From Octopus sinensis (Eukaryota), in NCBI RefSeq assembly GCF_006345805.1, contig NW_021824848.1, forward strand, positions 1,707 to 65,706: 64,000 nt of DNA, written 5' to 3'. The position numbers and the translations under genes are program-made. A model generated the notes under the pieces. The model searched no databases. It saw only the letters and a program-made list of their open reading frames with translations, and was not told the DNA's origin. Positions 56,498-64,000 of this stretch are shown here, piece by piece; the first letter of the stretch is position 1, and every line of letters starts with the position of its first letter.

Positions 56498-57384
56498 CAG
56501 GGTGGGTGAAAAGTGTGCAGGGATTAAAAGCTGGTAAGGAAATCCATATTCCTTTTACGAATTTATTGAAACAAATGTTAAATGTTTTTTATTAGATGGG
56601 AAAATGAAAGTAAATCTTCATATTTCCACATATTTTAACCGGTGGCGTCAACCATTTTTCTCAAACGGCCAGGGATGGAATGAACGACCCTCTGAAGGAC
56701 GTCGTCTGGGATATCATTGAGAACCTCCTGAATCCGTGGAATTAGTCCAAATAACAACTTACACGGTGTCTTGTACACCTCCTCTTTTGAGTAACCCCAC
56801 AAGTAAGAAACACATGGAGTGAGATCTTGCCTTCTTGGAGTTCCGAACTTTTGAACTTCTGCGGTCACAGTCTTCGAGTTTTAGCTCCAGCGCGTGATGA
56901 GGTTCCCACGGACGAAAATTCAATTCTTTATGTAACACTGTACGTATTGTGTATCTTGTTAGTCCACTTTCACCCGCTGCTTGACGTGTTGATTTTTGCG
57001 GGCTGCAATTAAACATTTCCTGCACTGTTGCCATGTTCTCTGCTGATCGGGATGTGATTGGACGGTCACTTCTTGCATCGTTCACAGAGCCTGTGGTTAT
57101 TAGCTTTGCATAACAAATTATTGTCTCTGGATGAAGTGTTGCAGGCTTACCTTTTTATGCACACCATCAAACAATGGAACCAAAACAATGGAATTCCTCA
57201 ATCCATAGCGTGCTGCTCCTGAACAGTAAAGCGACTGGCCATCTGGAAATAAAAATTAAGACAATAAGACAATAAAAAATCTTTATTAGTGTTGTCTGTT
57301 TAAAATGTGTTTTCGTCATGACTTCAGTGATACTAAAAATTCTATAAGCAATTTCTAATACCGAGTTACTTTCCACCCACCTTG
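56498..57384 (-). mobile_element. Internally deleted Tc1/mariner-superfamily element (maT/DD37D-like)
   Basis: TIRs CAGGGTGGGTGAAAAGT / ACTTTCCACCCACCTTG flanked by TA; peptides RSDRPITSRSAEN...SPQKSTRQAA..L.KEL and DLTPC..YLWG..K..VY. Confidence 0.8.
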
Positions 57385-57875
57385 TACTGCTTGTAGCAGT
57401 TGATAAAACCGTTCATCAGCAACAGGATACAGCTTAAGATCGCCACATATGGTTCATTGTTTATCATATCAATACAATGAGTGAAATCACAGAGAATGAT
57501 GAATATGTGTGTGGTTAACAAATTTGCTTTGTAACCATATGGTTCCTGAGCTGACCAATATTTGTAAGTAAATTGATTAGAGCCAAACTGTGTAACGGCC
57601 TGCAGTGGATGCGTAGGGGAGCGTCGTTTAACGTTAGTTTGTTTAACGTCCCCAGTATTATTAGTGGTTCGGCAAAAGAAACTGATAGAATAAGTACCAA
57701 ACTTCAAAATACATAAGTACTAAGGTCTATCTCTTCGACTAAATCCAAGTCTTCAATCAAGACGGTGCCCCAGTATGACCCGAGCCCAATGACTGAAACA
57801 AGTAAAGGAAAGAAATTAAAAATATGTATATAAATACACACACACATACACACACACACACACAAACACACACAC

Positions 57876-57969
<94 letters not shown>

Positions 57970-58726
57970 ACATACATATATATATGAACAAATGGTAAAG
58001 GTAGAAAATGCTAAAATAATTTTATAAAAAACATTTTAGTGTCGGTTTCAGTCATTGAGACTTTTCCAACTGTAAGTATGGAAAACAATTAAATTTTGGA
58101 AAAATTACAAGAAAAGTTTTTTTAAAAGAACATGGGCTCAGCTCCCCTCCTCTCTTCATCTAACACCAGCCTCACCGCCTCTCTTCATTTGATACCAACT
58201 ACACACTACTCCATACACACTAGCACTGACCACTTTCCACCACCCACACCACGCACTATCATCCACATACCCAAACACAATATTCAATAGCGTCACCACA
58301 CATACCATTATATGAGCATCCACACACACACTGTTTAACTCAGTACACACACCACACAACATCATGCACAATCCCACACCCACACAAGCACACAATGCCT
58401 GAACACACGCTGTATATATACATACACACGCAACATACAAAGACAAAGATAACTTTCGCCAACATATATACACCATACACATGCACACTGTTTGGTCACA
58501 GACACACTCATACACACACGCACACACACACACATGTGCACAAGCCACATGAAAAAGCACATATCAACTGCTACATACAACACACACGTTACACACGCAC
58601 ACACTCATGCACGTCAGAGTCGCCCCTATTCAAACACTCACACATACCATTCTTACATACACACTCACGCACGCGCACGTTGTTGGGATTACTAATATTT
58701 TATTATCTCCCTTTCATGCAAACTTT

Positions 58727-59960
<1,234 letters not shown>

Positions 59961-60204
59961 TTATTATCTCCTTTGTTTTTTCCCATTTTTTTTCCCCCAA
60001 TCATATGCCATAGTGGACCGCTGAAATTTACAAGTTGTTTTCACTTTCGCTCTCTATTTTCTCTTATTCCTTTCTGTTAAAAGCGCATACTTGAAACGTA
60101 AAATTTTTTTTTTCATTTTTTCCCAAGCGTCAAACTAACACACTTGCTTGTCATTCATACACTTGTCTTTGTCTTTTGTTTTTCTATATATTTCAACTAT
60201 ATAC

Positions 60205-60249
<45 letters not shown>

Positions 60250-60257
60250 GTGTGTGT

Positions 60258-60315
<58 letters not shown>

Positions 60316-60399
60316 ATATATATATATAAATCTTTTAAAATGTTTCAACCCGAAAGCTGCAGCCATGCTGGGGCACTACCGTTGAATGTGCCACACTAG

Positions 60400-60670
60400 T
60401 ATGTGAAACCACCTCTGACACCTGGCACTTGGTCAACAAGGGAGTTCGACGCCGCTGCCCGCTTCTGTGTTTCCTGCCGATAGGTAGATTCATCTGGAAC
60501 CACTGACAAGAAGTGATCAAGTTTAATTTTAAAGAAATCCACATCCACACCATACAGGTCTCTCATGAATTTAGGAAGGATATTGAAGAGCTGTGGTCCC
60601 TTGAAACCCAAGCTGTTGCAGTATCTGGTCCTATATTTTGATGGTGATGTTGGGATATTTGACAACATGC
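60400..60670 (-). mobile_element. CR1/L2-group LINE ORF2 3' terminal fragment
   Basis: NSLGFKGPQLFNILPK..RDL.GVDVD.FK.KLD.FLS.VPDE..RAAASNSL. Confidence 0.7.
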
Positions 60671-60753
60671 AGTGGTGCCCCGTACTGCTGTTGGGTAACT
60701 TTCAATGCCAAAATTTGGGACAAAGCCCCCCAGCATTTTCCAGATGATTTTCC

Positions 60754-60787
<34 letters not shown>

Positions 60788-61467
60788 TTACATACATACA
60801 CGCACATATATATATATGATACTTCATAAATACATACATACATACATACATACATACATACATTAGCCGTTCATACAAAAAGACACATCTACTATGTGTG
60901 TATTTACTTGCACATATTCATGACTTTACAAGTGAACCCCACCACAGAATTTCTGACCTCTCACCAAGTGGAATCGTATCACTAGCCACTTCTAGACACT
61001 TTATGAATATCTATTTAATTCGCCTGGTGAACGTATGTGCACTAAACCACGCGTGTGCGTATGCTTACAGCTTATTGTAAGTCTCTACGAGCGAGTGTAC
61101 GTGCGCCAGACAACGTAAGGAAAAGTGTTTGTACTAACAGTTACTTTTTTCACTGTATTCAGTATTTGTTTCTTTTTGCATCTGATGTTTGTTATTCATC
61201 TTTTATAATAATGAAGCTGTATCCCTTAATTTACTGCTTTTCTATACACATAGAGAGAAGAAATCCTGAAAACAGACCTTATTTTAATGAGATACATCTT
61301 GTAATCACCTGAAGAGATACATCTACACCAACAGATACACCTAAACCAGATGTTCACTATCGCACCCGTCTGGCATCGATGCTAAATGGGTCGAAAATTA
61401 TAGAGATCAATAATTTTCTTGTATCATCCAACTGCCACTCTCTGTTAATCAAATACAAATAATACAT

Positions 61468-61504
<37 letters not shown>

Positions 61505-61583
61505 TGTATGTATGTATATATGTATATATGTGTGTTGTATATATATATTATATATATATATATACTATACACATATATATACA

Positions 61584-61619
<36 letters not shown>

Positions 61620-62446
61620 CATATATATATATGTATATACATACATACATACACATACATACATACATCATACATACATACATACATATACTACATACAA
61701 ATGTGTGTGCATAAGTGCGGGTTTGTAAATGCTACAGCATTACTCATTGTTTTGGATTAGTTGCGACCTTTATAATAACCTGGGAAATATGAATCCCATT
61801 ACATTTCATGAAACTCTTAAAACGCTCTCATAGGAGATACTTATTAAAGTAACGTGAGAGTGTGTGTGTGAGTGTGTGTGTCTTTGTGTGTGTGTGCATG
61901 TCTGTGCGCGTGTACGTGTGTTTGTGTATGGACGCGTTAGTTTGTTTTTTTTTAATTGCTTCTTACACATGATTCATGATATAGAGATTGAAATCCGGAT
62001 CTCTTCATAACCTATTTTTATCTTTGATGGAGAAAATGAATTTAAAATCCTGTGAGTATCTAGTTGTATTGAGTGTTATCCTTAAGGGACGATATCCTTA
62101 ACGGATATCTGTCTGCTACAGGGAAGTGTTGTCTGTCGGTGTTGCGTTTCATGCCGCTGTCGCCAGCTAAATATATCTTAACATTTGTTACTCGCTTCAA
62201 TCGTTGGACTACGGCCATGCCATGCTGGGGCACCACCTTGACAGGTTTAGCTGAACAATTCGGACTTAGCACTTTTTTGATAAGTCTAGTAATTATTCTA
62301 TCGGTCTATTTTACCGAAACCACCAAGTTACGAGCATATAAACACACAAAGACCAGTTGTCAAGCGGTGGTGAGGAGACATAATGCAAACGCAAAGCTAT
62401 ACGCATAGATAGATGAATAGACAGACAAACAGACAGACAGGCAGGC

Positions 62447-62555
<109 letters not shown>

Positions 62556-62629
62556 GCACATACATACATACATACATACATACATACATACATACATACA
62601 TACATACATACATAAATTTCGTCATTAAG

Positions 62630-64000
62630 CAGGTAGGCAGCCGTTCGACATAGGCCCACAGATCTGAAATATTTGGACCCTGCACGAGTCGTGCAGAACA
62701 GCTTCGTCGTTCTGACCGCATCTTGGGCAGGTCGGTTCGGTATTTCTTGTAACGTATCCGTAGACTTTATCTCGACCGGGGAATGCTCCCCGATAGCACT
62801 GTCAGGCCAGGGATCTCTGGGAATTGTCCTGAAGAGGGAAGTCAAGAACGTCGTCGTACCTCCCTTCCACTAATCTTGTATAGAACGTCTTGGTGGAATT
62901 GAAATTACACAAGTTTGAATCTGGATGGTAGAGCTGCTTGATCTATGATTGCAACCTCTTGTCTAGTACCTTATCCAAAATGTTCAAATCTGCGTTGAGC
63001 AGAGTGATGGGCCGGAAATTATAGTCACCGCTCTTCGGCTCACAAAACTGAAGATACTCGCGTTTTGCTGCCATTTGCAGTAGACTGTTGCCAAGAAATT
63101 TCCAAATAAGTCTGGCATATGACAATAAAGCTCGTAGGGCAGACCATCCAAGCCCGGTGACTTGTCTCTCGCGCAGCCTGTCATCGCATTCGGTTCATCA
63201 GCGGCTGGAATGGGACTTTCACAACATTCCGCCTCTCTTGCTGAGAATCGTAGCAGGCCATGCAGGTAGACACTAAAGGCTACACTACGTTCCGACCCAC
63301 CAGTTGTCTGGAGCAGTCGGGCAAATAGTTGCTGAAATGCCTCACACATTCTTTCGGGCTCAAGTAACTCGCGTCTTTGTTGATCTATGAAAGACCAAAT
63401 AATGGATTTGTTACCTGCGCCTCCGCCACTCGGGACTCTCATGTGGCTCCATTCCCTCGTTTCTTGGGGCATGCATCCTAGCTCTGACAACGCAACTTTC
63501 ATGTTTGGCGTTGAATTGTTGGTCAAGGGCCAACCCCACCGCCAACATGCTGGTCGCAATGCTACTTCTAAGTCCCTCTTCTAATTTCTTAACTAGGTCT
63601 CCCTCTATTCTATTCCGATCTATTGCTAAACCCTTTCTATACCTAACCGTTTGGGCTTTAATTGCCCTCTTTAGGGCAAACCACCATTTGTTGTTGACGA
63701 TGGTTCCCGTCAATGCCCTCCAAATTAATGTGTTAATCCAGTCTCTGTAAGCCTGTCGCACCGGGAGCGATGCGTTCACCTTCCAGTATCCGGGACCCTG
63801 CCTATGATTCTTATCTAAGTCGAGCCTACAGGTCACGAATTTGTGCTCTGTGTAGCTGACTATGTGAAAGCGTGGACAACCTACACTATCCCATGAATAC
63901 TTTATCTAAATACGCAATTAGCATTGTGGAGCTACTGAGCGTTTGTGTGTTTGTAGTGTTGGTGCTGGTATTGTTAATGTGTGTGGAGGTTTCGTTATCG
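62630..64000 (-). mobile_element. Tx1/L1-clade LINE ORF2 relic (endonuclease end, linker, RT start, internal deletion, C-terminus)
   Basis: GPGYWKVNASL, KSPGLDGLPYELY, NFRPITLLNAD..IL.KVL..RL, DLWAYVERL. Confidence 0.85.

Noticed and set aside
61251-61460. Possible exon after a ctatacacatag acceptor
   Set aside because: Internal TGA, no donor or partner exons, no recognisable homology.

Overview
AT-rich, microsatellite- and transposon-dense eukaryotic DNA. The tRNA-headed SINE families and R4/Dong-type LINEs suggest a cephalopod (octopus-like) genome; this is an inference. Most entries in the supplied ORF track are microsatellite or antisense noise, and many begin at non-ATG codons. Reading splice signals by hand reveals a cluster of four paralogous genes with the same four-exon, all-phase-1 structure, each encoding a small secreted cysteine-containing protein. 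Gene A (+) has only its last two exons in the window. Gene B (+, 10619-17955) is 237 aa, gene C (-, 33711-22107) is 183 aa and gene D (-, 44188-37748) is 196 aa. There is also a frameshifted partial copy of the last exon at ~4.5 kb. The arrangement is A> B> <C <D. The Cys pattern and beta-strand periodicity resemble a degenerate DUF4773-like domain (inference, not searched). The proteins are far more diverged than expected from their still-alignable introns and UTRs. The rest of the window consists of decayed mobile elements: Tx1/L1-like, R4/Dong, CR1-group, Gypsy, Tc1, mariner, maT-like, a CxxH-type DDE transposase and a Helitron. It also contains many fold-back inverted repeats, some carrying hammerhead-ribozyme-like motifs typical of Penelope-like elements.
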